Source: an uncultured Verrucomicrobiae bacterium
GTDB taxonomy: Bacteria > Verrucomicrobiota > Verrucomicrobiia > Chthoniobacterales > UBA10450
Length of the DNA stretch: 64,000 nt
NCBI GenBank assembly: GCA_963815455.1
Contig: CAWFGO010000003.1
Span: forward strand, 384,001-448,000
Direction of reading: 5' to 3'
Of this stretch, positions 40,353-53,071 are shown piece by piece (within the stretch, counting starts at the first letter, position 1; each line of letters opens with the position of its first letter). Position numbers and translations under genes: made by a program. The notes below the pieces were generated by a model. That model saw only the letters and a program-made list of their open reading frames with translations, had not been told where the DNA came from and searched no databases.

Positions 40353-41432
40353 CTACCTGAGGCCGAGAAATTCGCGAGCGGTTTCGGACAACAACTGCGA
40401 TTGCTCTGTCGCGGTCAATTTCATTGATTCGATGAGATCGCCAGCGCGTTCTTCGCCTAACGGAAACGGATAATCGGAGCCGAGCGCGACACGTTCCGGG
40501 CCGAATAGCTTGAGCAGGGCCCTTAGCGCATCGGCATCGTGCACGAGCGAATCGACGTAAAACCGCGCGGGCGTCTCCTTGTGAGCCAGATATTTTCGCG
40601 GCTCGGTTTTATTGTCGATCGCGACCAAATCGGGACGGACGTGAAAAGCGTGTTCGATTCGCCCGATCGTGAACGGGAATGCGCCGCCGCCGTGGGCGAA
40701 GGCCACGCGAAGTTTCGGAAACCGCTCGAACACTCCGCCAAAAATCATCGAACAAATGGCGAGGGACGTTTCCGCCGGCATGCCAACCAGCCAGGGCAGC
40801 CAATATTTCGGCATCCGTTCCTTGCCTATCATGTCCCAGGGATGAACGAAGATGGCGGCGTTGAGTTGCTCGGCTGTTTTCCAGACAACATCGAGCGAGG
40901 GATGATCGAGGTTCCGGCATTCGGGCCCGTGGCAATGATCGTTAGGATCGACATGGGTGCCAATCTCGACGCCGCGCAGACCGAGTTCGCGCACGCAGCG
41001 GTCCAGTTCGCGCGCAGCAAGATCGACATCCTGCAATGGGACCGTGCCGAGACCGGCAAACTGTTTCGGATGCGCCCGCACAATTTCCGCGATGTGATCG
41101 TTCAACATGCGGGCAAGATCGAACGCGTCGTGCGGTTTCGCCCAGTAACTGAACATCACCGGCACGGTCGAAAGCACCTGCATCGACACGCCTGCAGCGT
41201 CCATTTCCTCGATCCGGCGCTTCGGGTCCCAGACGTTATCGGTGATCTCGCGAAAAACCCGGTCGCCGATCATCATTCGCGCACAACACGGCTTGTGATG
41301 ATCCAGCCGGACGAACCCGGCGTAGCCGTATTTCGCATCAAGATCCGGCCATTCTTTCGGCAGGATGTGCGTGTGAAGATCGATCTTCAAGGAGAGTGGC
41401 AGGTGACGAGTGACATGTGATGAGAAAGACAA
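40353..41432 (-). CDS. 2-amino-3-carboxymuconate-6-semialdehyde decarboxylase (ACMSD); start uncertain
   Basis: IDLHTH, QVLSTVPVMFSYW, FVHPWDM, AHGGG, GSDYPFPLGE. Confidence 0.92.
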   Translation of the reverse strand: MSFSSHVTRHLPLSLKIDLHTHILPKEWPDLDAKYGYAGFVRLDHHKPCCARMMIGDRVFREITDNVWDPKRRIEEMDAAGVSMQVLSTVPVMFSYWAKPHDAFDLARMLNDHIAEIVRAHPKQFAGLGTVPLQDVDLAARELDRCVRELGLRGVEIGTHVDPNDHCHGPECRNLDHPSLDVVWKTAEQLNAAIFVHPWDMIGKERMPKYWLPWLVGMPAETSLAICSMIFGGVFERFPKLRVAFAHGGGAFPFTIGRIEHAFHVRPDLVAIDNKTEPRKYLAHKETPARFYVDSLVHDADALRALLKLFGPERVALGSDYPFPLGEERAGDLIESMKLTATEQSQLLSETAREFLGLR

Positions 41433-41474
41433 CGCAACGCCAGCAGAAACTCGTCACCCGTCACTTGTCACTCG

Positions 41475-42014
41475 TCACTTTCTAAATGGCTTGGTCGGCT
41501 CCGGCTTTGGGACCTTGGTTCCGCATTTCTTACAGGTTCGGCGCGCGTCATCATTCCAGAAATCCAGCATCGCCTGGCTGAAATGCTGAACGATGTCGCC
41601 GCAATCAAAATCAATGTCTTCCACGAGCGCGCCGCATTTTTCGCAGTAGAAAATTACGTGTTCGTGCTCGCCCGGCGGACGGCGGCGCTCGACCACCACG
41701 CCCAGCGTGTCGGGCGGTCGAACCGGCGCATGCGGCACATTCGGCGGGATGAAGAACGTCTCCCCTTCGCGCACCAGATGATCGACAATGCGATCGCCCT
41801 CGCGGATGCGCACTTTAATGTCCCCCTTGAGTTGGTAGAAGTATTCTTCGGAATCGACGAGGTGAAAATCGTTTCGCGCGTTCGGGCCCTTGATCACCAT
41901 CACAAAAAAATCGCGCCCGTCATATAGATAGAGATTGCTTACCGGTGGTTTGAACTTGTCTCGGTTCTCCTCAATCCAGTTTTTCAGGTCGATCGGCGGT
42001 TGCACTGTCGTCAT
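41475..42014 (-). CDS. nbaC: 3-hydroxyanthranilate 3,4-dioxygenase
   Basis: KPPVSN, GPNARNDFH, EEYFYQ, PHAPVR, CxxC...CxxC rubredoxin-like site. Confidence 0.92.
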   Translation of the reverse strand: MTTVQPPIDLKNWIEENRDKFKPPVSNLYLYDGRDFFVMVIKGPNARNDFHLVDSEEYFYQLKGDIKVRIREGDRIVDHLVREGETFFIPPNVPHAPVRPPDTLGVVVERRRPPGEHEHVIFYCEKCGALVEDIDFDCGDIVQHFSQAMLDFWNDDARRTCKKCGTKVPKPEPTKPFRK

Positions 42015-42194
42015 AACGCGCAGCGTATTTCCTCAGACGCGCAGCGTCAACCTGTAGGGGCGGTCTCTGACCGTCGCCATCTCGTACCCGCGTGCGATGG
42101 TCAGTGGTCAGAGACCGCCGCTCCAGCCAGGACAGGATCGACATCATGTTTTATGTTGAAGCGCTCTCGCGGGCACGCATTATATCCGCCGCTC

Positions 42195-42776
42195 ATGAAA
42201 TCCGGCCGCCTAATCCAGCTCATCATTGTCGCCACAGCGGCGGCGCTTGTTTGCAGTTGCGAAGAGATGCCGCCGCAAATGCAAACACCTCTGGCTTCGG
42301 TTTTACCGATGCCGACGCCACCGTCCGGGTGGTGGAACGGTGACGGCATCCCCGGCTCGCCCCGCATCGTGGTTCATATTAGCGAGCAAAAAGCTTATTT
42401 TTTCAAAGGCAAACGGTTGGTGGGCGAATCGACGGTATCGACCGGCAAGCCCGGTTTTTCTACTCCCCCCGGGCATTATTCGGTTGTTTCCAAAAGCAAG
42501 GATCACGTCTCGAGCATCTTTGGCGATTACATCGATGACGCGGGAAATATCATCAGGTTCAACATCGACGCGCGCAAGGATCGCCGGCCGCCGGGCACAC
42601 ACTTCGATGGCGCGCGGATGCCGTATGCGATGTTTTTCCGGGGCGGCTACGCGATGCACCAGGGTTACGTCCCACCGTACGCGGCGTCGCATGGTTGCAT
42701 TCGGTTGCCCAAGGGAATGGCTGAGCCGTTTTTCAATGCCGCTCCAGTGGGCACACCAGTTATCGTAAAAGAGTAA
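42195..42776 (+). CDS. L,D-transpeptidase family lipoprotein
   Basis: Lipobox, STGKPG..TP, ASHGCIRL. Confidence 0.9.
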   Translation: MKSGRLIQLIIVATAAALVCSCEEMPPQMQTPLASVLPMPTPPSGWWNGDGIPGSPRIVVHISEQKAYFFKGKRLVGESTVSTGKPGFSTPPGHYSVVSKSKDHVSSIFGDYIDDAGNIIRFNIDARKDRRPPGTHFDGARMPYAMFFRGGYAMHQGYVPPYAASHGCIRLPKGMAEPFFNAAPVGTPVIVKE

Positions 42777-42807
42777 GTCGCGGGCCGACCCGCTGCTTTC
42801 GACGCGC

Positions 42808-43506
42808 TTGAAGGCACTTCTAAAAAAGCTCCCGGGCAGCGGGTTGCTCCAGGGCGGTTGGCCAGATCAGGCCCGCACCATTATTCAGACACCCGTTTTC
42901 CGGCGTCTGCTTGAAAACCAGCCGCGCGGCGTCTGCTTGAACGCCGGATGCGGCGAGGGATCGTTCGTTTCGTTTCTCGATACATTTAGAGGATTGAAGC
43001 GAATCGTCCACATGGACCTGGAAAAGCCGTTGCTTGATCGTTTTAGGTCCGATCAAAGACATGAGGTAGCGGAAGGTTCGCTTGTCGATCTTCCATTCAG
43101 CGACGCCCAATTCGATTTCGTGTTTTGCACCGAAGTGCTGGAACACGTTGCAAATGACGTCCGCGCGTTTCAGGAGATTGGCCGCGTGCTTCGCCCCGGA
43201 GGACTGGTGCTTATTTCCACGCCCACGCCGCCCGCCCCTTTCGATCCGGCGCATGTGCGAGAGGGCTACACTTTGGATGAACTTCAGAAACGACTTGCGC
43301 CCGCGACGATGGAGCTTCTCAAATCCACCTATTGTTTACATGGCGCGATGCGAATGCTGTTGAAAATCTGGCGGTGGCAATACGAACTCGCCGGTCAACA
43401 AAAGAGTTGGATGCCGCGGGCCGCGGTGCTGGCCTTCGCCTACTTCGACTGCTGGCTTCCAATTGGGAAACCGTTCGATATCGTGGTGCTAGCCCGAAAA
43501 ATCTGA
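42808..43506 (+). CDS. Class I SAM-dependent methyltransferase
   Basis: LNAGCGEG, LPF..FD, EVLEHV, LRPGG. Confidence 0.85.
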   Translation: MKALLKKLPGSGLLQGGWPDQARTIIQTPVFRRLLENQPRGVCLNAGCGEGSFVSFLDTFRGLKRIVHMDLEKPLLDRFRSDQRHEVAEGSLVDLPFSDAQFDFVFCTEVLEHVANDVRAFQEIGRVLRPGGLVLISTPTPPAPFDPAHVREGYTLDELQKRLAPATMELLKSTYCLHGAMRMLLKIWRWQYELAGQQKSWMPRAAVLAFAYFDCWLPIGKPFDIVVLARKI

Positions 43507-43514
43507 ACTCACCG

Positions 43515-43826
43515 ATGCGCAAACGATACAAGATCTCTCTTTATGTCGTGGCGTGGATCGGCGCGTTTCTTACAACCAATCCAAATGCCAAGTATTGGGC
43601 GTTTATATGGATGTTCCCGTTAGGCCTGGCCAGCTTTTTCAAGGATAGCCTTGGTAATGTGGACGGCAAGTGGGTGCTAGGGTTTTGCATCGCGATTTAT
43701 GTTGTCCACGGTTTTTTCTACTTCCGTTGCCGGACGATGCGCTCAACACTATTGTGGCTAGGCGCGCTCGTGCTCCTGTTCGCCTTCAATGTCCCAGGAT
43801 GCCGAGCGATGATTAACACGCATTAG
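43515..43826 (+). CDS. Small membrane protein
   Basis: Hydrophobic helices. Confidence 0.55.
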   Translation: MRKRYKISLYVVAWIGAFLTTNPNAKYWAFIWMFPLGLASFFKDSLGNVDGKWVLGFCIAIYVVHGFFYFRCRTMRSTLLWLGALVLLFAFNVPGCRAMINTH

Positions 43827-43965
43827 GCCGCCGCGCCGCGGCGGAAATCTCAAGCACCATCCAAACGCCAGGGAACCTCAACAAATCTCAGGCCGGCGGC
43901 GAAGATACGCGAAGATTTGAACACTGAGGCTTCCTTGGGATTTGGAACCTGGGGTTTGAGCTTTA

Positions 43966-44304
43966 CTAACCCGGCGGCCAGGCCAGGGCCCGTTTGCCTA
44001 GCAAATGAACATGCAGATGCGGGACGCTTTCGCCCGCGTCGGGACCGCTATTGATCACGACTCGGTACCCGCTCTTTTCCACGTCGAGTTTCCTGGCCAA
44101 GTCGCGGGCGGCCAGCAAAAGCTTTCCCAGAACCTTGCTGTCAGCCTCGGTCGCGTCGGTCAGGCGTGGAATCGTTTTCTTCGGGACGATCAACACATGC
44201 ACCGGCGCCTGGGGATTGACATCGTGAAACGCGATGGCGTCGTCATCTTCCCAGATAATTTTCGCCGGAATCTCTCGGTTAATGATTTTTTCAAAAATGG
44301 TCAT
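43966..44304 (-). CDS. Histidine triad nucleotide-binding protein (HINT)
   Basis: FHDVNPQAPVH, HLHVHLLG, WPPG. Confidence 0.93.
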   Translation of the reverse strand: MTIFEKIINREIPAKIIWEDDDAIAFHDVNPQAPVHVLIVPKKTIPRLTDATEADSKVLGKLLLAARDLARKLDVEKSGYRVVINSGPDAGESVPHLHVHLLGKRALAWPPG

Positions 44305-44317
44305 GACACTTCAGGAC

Positions 44318-44878
44318 TCAACGCAAGGAACAATCAAGCCGCTCGAATTCGATTGTCGATGTTAGTTTTTCGCGCACGAAACAGACAATTTCTTCCCGCA
44401 ACGAATCGCAGGCCCGGGTCCATGTTTTGACGCCCCGCAGATGCTTCACGCACGGCTGCAGGGAACAAAGTTGCAGATTGTCCACTCCGGTATCGACCAG
44501 GCCGTTAATCCGTTTTTCGAGCAAATCAAAAAATGCCAGCTCGTACCCGGTGCCGGCTTCGTGCGCGATGTCGACGAGCGAAATGGAAATCGGCGGCGGC
44601 GCCGGCTCGAAATGCGGAATGATTTCCTTGTACCCAATCACTTTCAAAACATAACGAACAGTTTGGGAGAGCTGACTGAATGCGACGACATTCTCGTCGG
44701 TCCGGAGCCGGAGATAAAAGGCAATGCTCTCGGTTACGTGATCGCTCAGCCACCAGCTGGGATAGCCGGCCTTGTCCGCCGCGCGAGTGATCGCAGCGTG
44801 GAGCCAATCGCGATTGAACTCGAAGAGCTGCCCCGAGTCGCACCGCAAATACGGAAATTCTTCCTTAAACGCGACCAT
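44318..44878 (-). CDS. Hypothetical protein overlapping nrdR (possible degenerate ATP-cone N-terminus)
   Basis: 186-aa ORF overlapping the nrdR 3' end. Confidence 0.7.
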   Translation of the reverse strand: MVAFKEEFPYLRCDSGQLFEFNRDWLHAAITRAADKAGYPSWWLSDHVTESIAFYLRLRTDENVVAFSQLSQTVRYVLKVIGYKEIIPHFEPAPPPISISLVDIAHEAGTGYELAFFDLLEKRINGLVDTGVDNLQLCSLQPCVKHLRGVKTWTRACDSLREEIVCFVREKLTSTIEFERLDCSLR

Positions 44879-45443
44879 TTTTCTTTTTCGTTTTTCCGCC
44901 GGTCACTGTCTCGGAAGCGATTGCCGCCGGGCGCGCCTCCTCTGCTACCGTCTCGGGCGGAAACAATTCCTTTTGCAGGGCATTGGTTTTTACTCGCCGG
45001 CCCAGCTTTTGAATCGCATCGACAAATTCATCCACATCTTCGAATTGGCGATGCACGGAAGCATATCGCAGATAGGCCACTTCATCGATGTCCTTCAATT
45101 TCTCCAAAACTTTGGCGCCGATATCGGCCGAATGAACTTCGCGCCCGGTGGTTTCGAGATCATGCACAATTTCATCCACGACTTGTTCCAGGGTCAGCAG
45201 GCTGGTCGAGCGTTTCTCAAAAGCTCGGGCGATGCTGGCAGCGAGTTTGCGTCGGTCGAATGGTTCATGGGTGCGCCGGTCGCGCTTGATTACCCGCAGG
45301 GCGGAACGCTCGATTTCTTCGTAGGTGGTAAAGCGATAATCGCAGCTCAAACATTGGCGACGACGGCGGATACTGGAATTATCCCTCGACTGCCGGGAAT
45401 CGATGACCTTGTCATCACGAGACCCGCACTTGGGGCAACGCAT
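44865..45443 (-). CDS. nrdR: Transcriptional repressor NrdR
   Basis: MRCPKC, VIDSR, IRRRRQC..C..RFTTYE, ATP cone, AYLRYASV. Confidence 0.96.
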   Translation of the reverse strand: MRCPKCGSRDDKVIDSRQSRDNSSIRRRRQCLSCDYRFTTYEEIERSALRVIKRDRRTHEPFDRRKLAASIARAFEKRSTSLLTLEQVVDEIVHDLETTGREVHSADIGAKVLEKLKDIDEVAYLRYASVHRQFEDVDEFVDAIQKLGRRVKTNALQKELFPPETVAEEARPAAIASETVTGGKTKKKNGRV

Positions 45444-45480
45444 AGTGTTGGGCGAGTAGGTAGCACACTATTGGTTGTGG
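45433..45480. promoter_or_regulatory. Candidate tandem NrdR boxes (autoregulation)
   Basis: GGGCAACGCATAGTGT (45433) and ACACTATTGGTTGTGG (45465), 32 bp apart. Confidence 0.5.
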
Positions 45481-45534
45481 CGTCAACCATTTTTACAACC
45501 AACCCCGGAAGATCTCTTGTTACTGATTAACGCG

Positions 45535-45666
45535 GTCATCCCGAGCGCAGCGAGGGACCTCCCAGTCGAAGCGATAGCGGGCAAGCCATCCTGCAAGCGC
45601 GGCCGCATCGTCACCCGCGAGCGCTCCCCTTCTACTCGCGGGGTCCTTCGCTTCGCTCAGGATGAC
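45535..45666. repeat. GTCAT/ATGAC palindromic element (gene-less)
   Basis: GTCATCCCGAGCGCAGCGAGGGACCTC ... GGGGTCCTTCGCTTCGCTCAGGATGAC. Confidence 0.88.
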
Positions 45667-45729
45667 AAGCGCGTTACGCCGCTCTTGATTGCCGCGCGCG
45701 CGCGGAACTTTACCACCAAACTGTCGATC

Positions 45730-46554
45730 CTAACGGGTTTGCTCGGCCGGTTCCTCAGGCGGCTCTTCGCCTATTTCTTCTTCGATTTCGCGGCGCCATT
45801 CCCGCGACAGCCACGGCCGCAGGAATCCGTAAAGCAGATAGGCCAGGAAGAGGACCGCGGGCATCCATTGGTAATACATCGCGGTGAGAATGAGGATCAC
45901 GCTGATAAAAAGGAAACGCGGGATCGATTTCGTCGTGCGCCAGTTGATCGCCTTGAAACTCGGATAACGGAAGCGGCTGAACATCATGAAGGAAAGAAAA
46001 AGCATGAGCGGCGGCAGGACGAACTTCCAATTGCCAAGCTGCCGCTCGCTCTCGGCCCACCAAAGCATGAACAGCGTGAGCGACGCGATCAGACCGGCCG
46101 CGGCCGGAATAGGGAATCCCCTAAAATCTTTCTCTCCGCCGGTCTGAGTGGCGGCGATGCAATTGAATCGTGCCAATCTTAAGGCGCCGCAGGCGAGATA
46201 AACGAACGCCACGATCCAACCCGCGCGCGGAAATTCCTGGAGAACGATTCGATAAACCAGCAAGGCGGGTGCGACTCCGAAGGAGACAATATCCGCTAAC
46301 GAATCGAACTCGCGGCCAAAAGGGCTGTCATGGCCGCCGAGCCGCGCCAGCCGGCCATCGAGCAGATCGAAAATGCAGGCGCCGAGAATGAACCAGATCG
46401 CGGTATGAAAGAGATCGGCGGCCGAGTCCGGATCCGATCCTTGAAGCAGCGCGCCCTGAAGAATCTTCAATGTCGCGGCAAACCCGCAAAACAAGTTGCC
46501 CGCCGTCATCAAATTCGGCAGCAAATAAATCTTGGGCGGAGTTTGTTCGTTCAT
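45730..46554 (-). CDS. pssA: CDP-diacylglycerol--serine O-phosphatidyltransferase
   Basis: LPNLMT, DLLDGRLAR, EFDSLAD, RLARFN. Confidence 0.93.
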   Translation of the reverse strand: MNEQTPPKIYLLPNLMTAGNLFCGFAATLKILQGALLQGSDPDSAADLFHTAIWFILGACIFDLLDGRLARLGGHDSPFGREFDSLADIVSFGVAPALLVYRIVLQEFPRAGWIVAFVYLACGALRLARFNCIAATQTGGEKDFRGFPIPAAAGLIASLTLFMLWWAESERQLGNWKFVLPPLMLFLSFMMFSRFRYPSFKAINWRTTKSIPRFLFISVILILTAMYYQWMPAVLFLAYLLYGFLRPWLSREWRREIEEEIGEEPPEEPAEQTR

Positions 46555-47195
46555 TGACCGGGAAGCCGCGCAATGATTGTCGATCCACCAAGGACGTGAT
46601 CGCCTGCTTTCACGAGCGTTTCAGCGTTGAGCGGCAAATATACTTCCGTTCGGGAACCGAAGCGAATCATTCCAAAGCGCTCGCCCTTCTTTAGTTCGTC
46701 GCCCACGTTCGACCAGCCCACGATGCGCCGGGCGATCGCGCCGGTGATTTGGCGCACCACAATCGTGGCCCGCGGATTTTCGAAAGCCCAGGTCATGGCT
46801 TCGTTTTTCTCCGAGCAATCGGGACGGCGCGCGTCGAGACAAAGACCTTGTCGATGTTGCCGGTAAATAACGCGGCCGTCGATCGGCGCCCGGTTAGTGT
46901 GCACATCGAACACCGACAGAAAAATTCCGACGCGCCGCGTTTTGGCCTTCACCACTTCGGTTTCGTCCGTCTCAATAATTTCGGTAATGGTTCCATCGGC
47001 CGCGGCTACCACAGCACTCGGATCGGTCGGCGCGGTCCGATCCGGGTCGCGGAAAAATGCGAGCGTGCCCAGAATCAGCAGAAGAAAAAAGAGCGAGAGC
47101 CAGGCCGAAATGAGCCAACCGGCGATCATCAGGAGCGCAAGAAACCCAAGAATCCAACGAGCTTCGGCAAGTGTTTGAAAGCGCATTTTGGCCAC
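46551..47195 (-). CDS. psd: Phosphatidylserine decarboxylase proenzyme
   Basis: FFRDPDR, IFLSVFDVH.NRAP, GMIRFGSR. Confidence 0.92.
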   Translation of the reverse strand: MAKMRFQTLAEARWILGFLALLMIAGWLISAWLSLFFLLLILGTLAFFRDPDRTAPTDPSAVVAAADGTITEIIETDETEVVKAKTRRVGIFLSVFDVHTNRAPIDGRVIYRQHRQGLCLDARRPDCSEKNEAMTWAFENPRATIVVRQITGAIARRIVGWSNVGDELKKGERFGMIRFGSRTEVYLPLNAETLVKAGDHVLGGSTIIARLPGQ

Positions 47196-47274
47196 CCATT
47201 CTCGATGTCAAAGTTGGATGGTCAAGTGTCCGAAAATGGCCTCTTCAGATGGCGATCGGGATTCAGGGGATTGG

Positions 47275-49981
<2,707 letters not shown>

Positions 49982-49998
49982 TCTCTTGTCTCACCTCT

Positions 49999-50075
49999 GT
50001 CATCCCGAGCGGAGCGAGGGACCTCTCAAGCTAAGTCGGACATTCGAGAGATGTTTCGCTTCCGCTCAACATGAC
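49999..50075. repeat. GTCAT/ATGAC palindromic element (gene-less) between gyrB and gyrA
   Basis: GTCATCCCGAGCGGAGCGAGGGACCTCTC ... GAGAGATGTTTCGCTTCCGCTCAACATGAC. Confidence 0.85.
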
Positions 50076-50099
50076 ACGTTGGGAGAGCGCTAACTAAAC

Positions 50100-52694
50100 A
50101 TGTATAACGAAAACGAAAAGGTAGAGCCGATCAACGTAGCCGAGGAAGTCTCGAGGTCATTCCTCGATTACTCGATGTCGGTCATCATTTCGCGTGCGCT
50201 TCCGGACGCGCGTGACGGTCTCAAACCATCGCAGCGCCGGATTCTTTATGCGATGCATGACCTGTCGCTCTTTCCGGGACGGCAGCATCGGAAGTGCGCC
50301 AAAATTTGCGGTGACACCAGCGGTAACTATCACCCGCACGGCGAGGCGGTGATTTATCCCACGCTGGTGCACATGGCCCAGCCATGGGCCATGCGTGAGC
50401 GGTTGGTCGATGGTCAGGGCAACTTCGGATCGGTCGAAGGCGATCCACCGGCGGCGATGCGATACACCGAGGCCCGCATGACCCATCTCGGCGCCGCGCT
50501 CATGACCGACATGGAGAAGGAGACGGTCGATTTCGTCCCGAACTACGACGAGACCCGCACCGAGCCTACTGTTTTCCCATCTGCATTCCCAAATCTTCTG
50601 GTTAACGGCGGAACCGGTATCGCTGTCGGCATGGCCACGAACATGCCGCCGCACAATCTGGTCGAGATCATTGATGGAATCTGCGCCCAGATCGATGATC
50701 CGGAGATCACGCTGGACAAGCTGATGAAGCACGTGAAGGGACCGGATTTTCCGACCGGTTGCGCGATTTGCGGTGTCGCGGGCGTGAAGCAATATCTCGA
50801 GACCGGCCGCGGCAGCATGAAAGTTCGCGGCAAAGCCGGCGTGGAAGAAATCAAGGGCGGCCGTGAGCAGATCGTCATCACGGAGATCCCCTACAACGTG
50901 AATCGAGCCACGCTGGTGGAACGGATCGCCGATTTGGTTAACGAGAAAATTCTGGGAGACATCAGCGCGATCCGCGATGAATCGGACGAAAACACGCGGG
51001 TGGTGATCGAGCTGAAGCGGGACGGGAACCCGAAGGTCGTCATCAACAATCTTTACAAGCACACCGCGATGGAAAGCTCATTCGCGGTCAACATGCTGGC
51101 GATCGATCATGGCCGGCCTCGGCTGCTTTCTCTGAAGGACGCGAACCAGGCCTACATCGATCATCGCCGCGAAGTGATTCTGCGCCGGACACGTTTCGAA
51201 TTGCGCAAGGCCGAGGAACGCTCCGAAACGCTGGAGGGTTATCTCATCGCACTCTCGAATCTGGATGAATTCATTCGTATCATTCGCGGGTCGGCCAATC
51301 GCGATGAAGCGCGTGTAAAATTGCTCGCCTTCGAGTTTACCCGGAAACAAGTGGAGAAAATCGGCATTCTCATTCGCAATGAAGCCCGCCTGAACGAAGG
51401 CCGCTATGCTTTCAGCGAGCACCAAGCCAATCAAATTCTCGATCTGCGTTTGTATCAATTGACCGGGCTGGAACGCGACAAGATCGAGAAGGAATACAAG
51501 GAACTGATCGAAACGATCAAAGATTTGCGCGATATTTTGGCCAAAGAGGCGCGCGTCTTCACCATCGTCAAGAAAGAGCTACGCGAAATTCGCGATAAAT
51601 ATGGTTCGCCGCGCCTGACTGAATTCATCGCCGACGAGGGCGAGATCAACATGGAAGATCTCATCGCCAACGAGGGCTGCATCATCAGCATCACTCATGG
51701 CGGCTTCATCAAGCGCACAGCGGTAAGCGCATTTCGGGCGCAGCGTCGCGGCGGCAAAGGCGTCATTGGCATGGCCACACGCGAAGGGGCGACCGAAGAA
51801 GAGGAGGGCGATTTCGTCCAGCATCTTTTCACCGCAACCACGCACGATTACCTAATGTTCTTCACCGAATCGGGCCGCGCCTATGTCGAAAAAGTTTACG
51901 AGATTCCCGAGATGGGCCGCGCGGCTAAAGGGCGTTCCATTGCAAATATTCTCGAATTGCGCCCCGACGAGAAGATTGCTGCAACCATCCGTGTGCAGTC
52001 GAAGAAATCGGGCACCGGGCCGGCCGCGGTCGATGAAACGTGGGATGAAAATCTCCACATCGTGTTCGGCACCCAATCAGGAATCATTAAGAAGTCGAAT
52101 CTTTCCGATTATCGCAACGTGCGAAAAGGCGGCATCATCGCCATTCAGATTGAGCAAGGCGATCGCTTGATCGATGCGAAGTTGACCAACGGCAACAACG
52201 AGATCGTGCTGATTACCAAAGAAGGAATGAGTCTGCGCTTTCACGAGGAACAGTTGCGCGACCAGGGACGCAACACCGTGGGCGTTTGGGGAATTCGCCC
52301 CGACAAGAAAGATCTCGTCGTCTCCATCGCCATTGTCGATCCGGACGCGATGCTGCTGGTGGCCGGTGAAAACGGCATTGGCAAACGCACGCCGTTCGAC
52401 GACTACCGCAAGCAAAAACGCGGCGGCAAAGGCATCATCACGATGAAGACCGGCGAAAAAACCGGCGCTGTCGTGGGCGCCCTAACCGTGACCGACAAAG
52501 ACGAGCTGATGTTGATCACTACCAAAGGCCAGATGGTCCGGACACGGGTGAAAGAAATTCGCGTGGTCGGCCGCAATACGATGGGCGTAAAATTAATGGA
52601 CCTTCGAGGCGCTGAGAAATTGCAGGCGATCGCGCCGGTGGTCAGTCAAGCCGAAGAAGAAGCGCAAACCGCCGACGAACCAGCGGAGAAATAA
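50100..52694 (+). CDS. gyrA: DNA gyrase subunit A
   Basis: RALPDARDGLKP, YHPHG, AAMRYTE, GyrA box QRRGGKG. Confidence 0.97.
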   Translation: MYNENEKVEPINVAEEVSRSFLDYSMSVIISRALPDARDGLKPSQRRILYAMHDLSLFPGRQHRKCAKICGDTSGNYHPHGEAVIYPTLVHMAQPWAMRERLVDGQGNFGSVEGDPPAAMRYTEARMTHLGAALMTDMEKETVDFVPNYDETRTEPTVFPSAFPNLLVNGGTGIAVGMATNMPPHNLVEIIDGICAQIDDPEITLDKLMKHVKGPDFPTGCAICGVAGVKQYLETGRGSMKVRGKAGVEEIKGGREQIVITEIPYNVNRATLVERIADLVNEKILGDISAIRDESDENTRVVIELKRDGNPKVVINNLYKHTAMESSFAVNMLAIDHGRPRLLSLKDANQAYIDHRREVILRRTRFELRKAEERSETLEGYLIALSNLDEFIRIIRGSANRDEARVKLLAFEFTRKQVEKIGILIRNEARLNEGRYAFSEHQANQILDLRLYQLTGLERDKIEKEYKELIETIKDLRDILAKEARVFTIVKKELREIRDKYGSPRLTEFIADEGEINMEDLIANEGCIISITHGGFIKRTAVSAFRAQRRGGKGVIGMATREGATEEEEGDFVQHLFTATTHDYLMFFTESGRAYVEKVYEIPEMGRAAKGRSIANILELRPDEKIAATIRVQSKKSGTGPAAVDETWDENLHIVFGTQSGIIKKSNLSDYRNVRKGGIIAIQIEQGDRLIDAKLTNGNNEIVLITKEGMSLRFHEEQLRDQGRNTVGVWGIRPDKKDLVVSIAIVDPDAMLLVAGENGIGKRTPFDDYRKQKRGGKGIITMKTGEKTGAVVGALTVTDKDELMLITTKGQMVRTRVKEIRVVGRNTMGVKLMDLRGAEKLQAIAPVVSQAEEEAQTADEPAEK

Positions 52695-52817
52695 TTTCGG
52701 CGGACGTCTGCGCTGCCTGCCACGCCATAGTGGCACGACGGCGGGTCGGTGCCCAGATATTCTGAGCGCCCGTTCGACTTCGCTCAGGACAGACAGCGCG
52801 TCGTCCCTCCAAGAGAA

Positions 52818-52991
52818 TTAGTGGTCGGTGGTTGTCTGGTGGGTCGTTGTCGTGCTGCTTGCCGGCGGTCTGGTTACCGCCGTTTCCTGAGTGGTTGTCG
52901 TCGTCGTTGAAGTTGTTTCAGCTTTGTGGGCGCAGGACGTGAACAACACCACAGCCGAAACAACCGGCAGAAGAATAATCAGTTTTTTCAT
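52818..52991 (-). CDS. Small Thr-rich lipoprotein (57 aa, below the ORF-track cutoff)
   Basis: MKKLIILLPVVSAVVLFTSC lipobox followed by a Thr-rich tail. Confidence 0.7.
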   Translation of the reverse strand: MKKLIILLPVVSAVVLFTSCAHKAETTSTTTTTTQETAVTRPPASSTTTTHQTTTDH

Positions 52992-53071
52992 AGTTGTATT
53001 TTGTTTCCAAGATAGGTTCGTTACAAGCCCTTCTTTCAGACGTATTTAAACCCGAAGTTTTTTCGGAGCTT

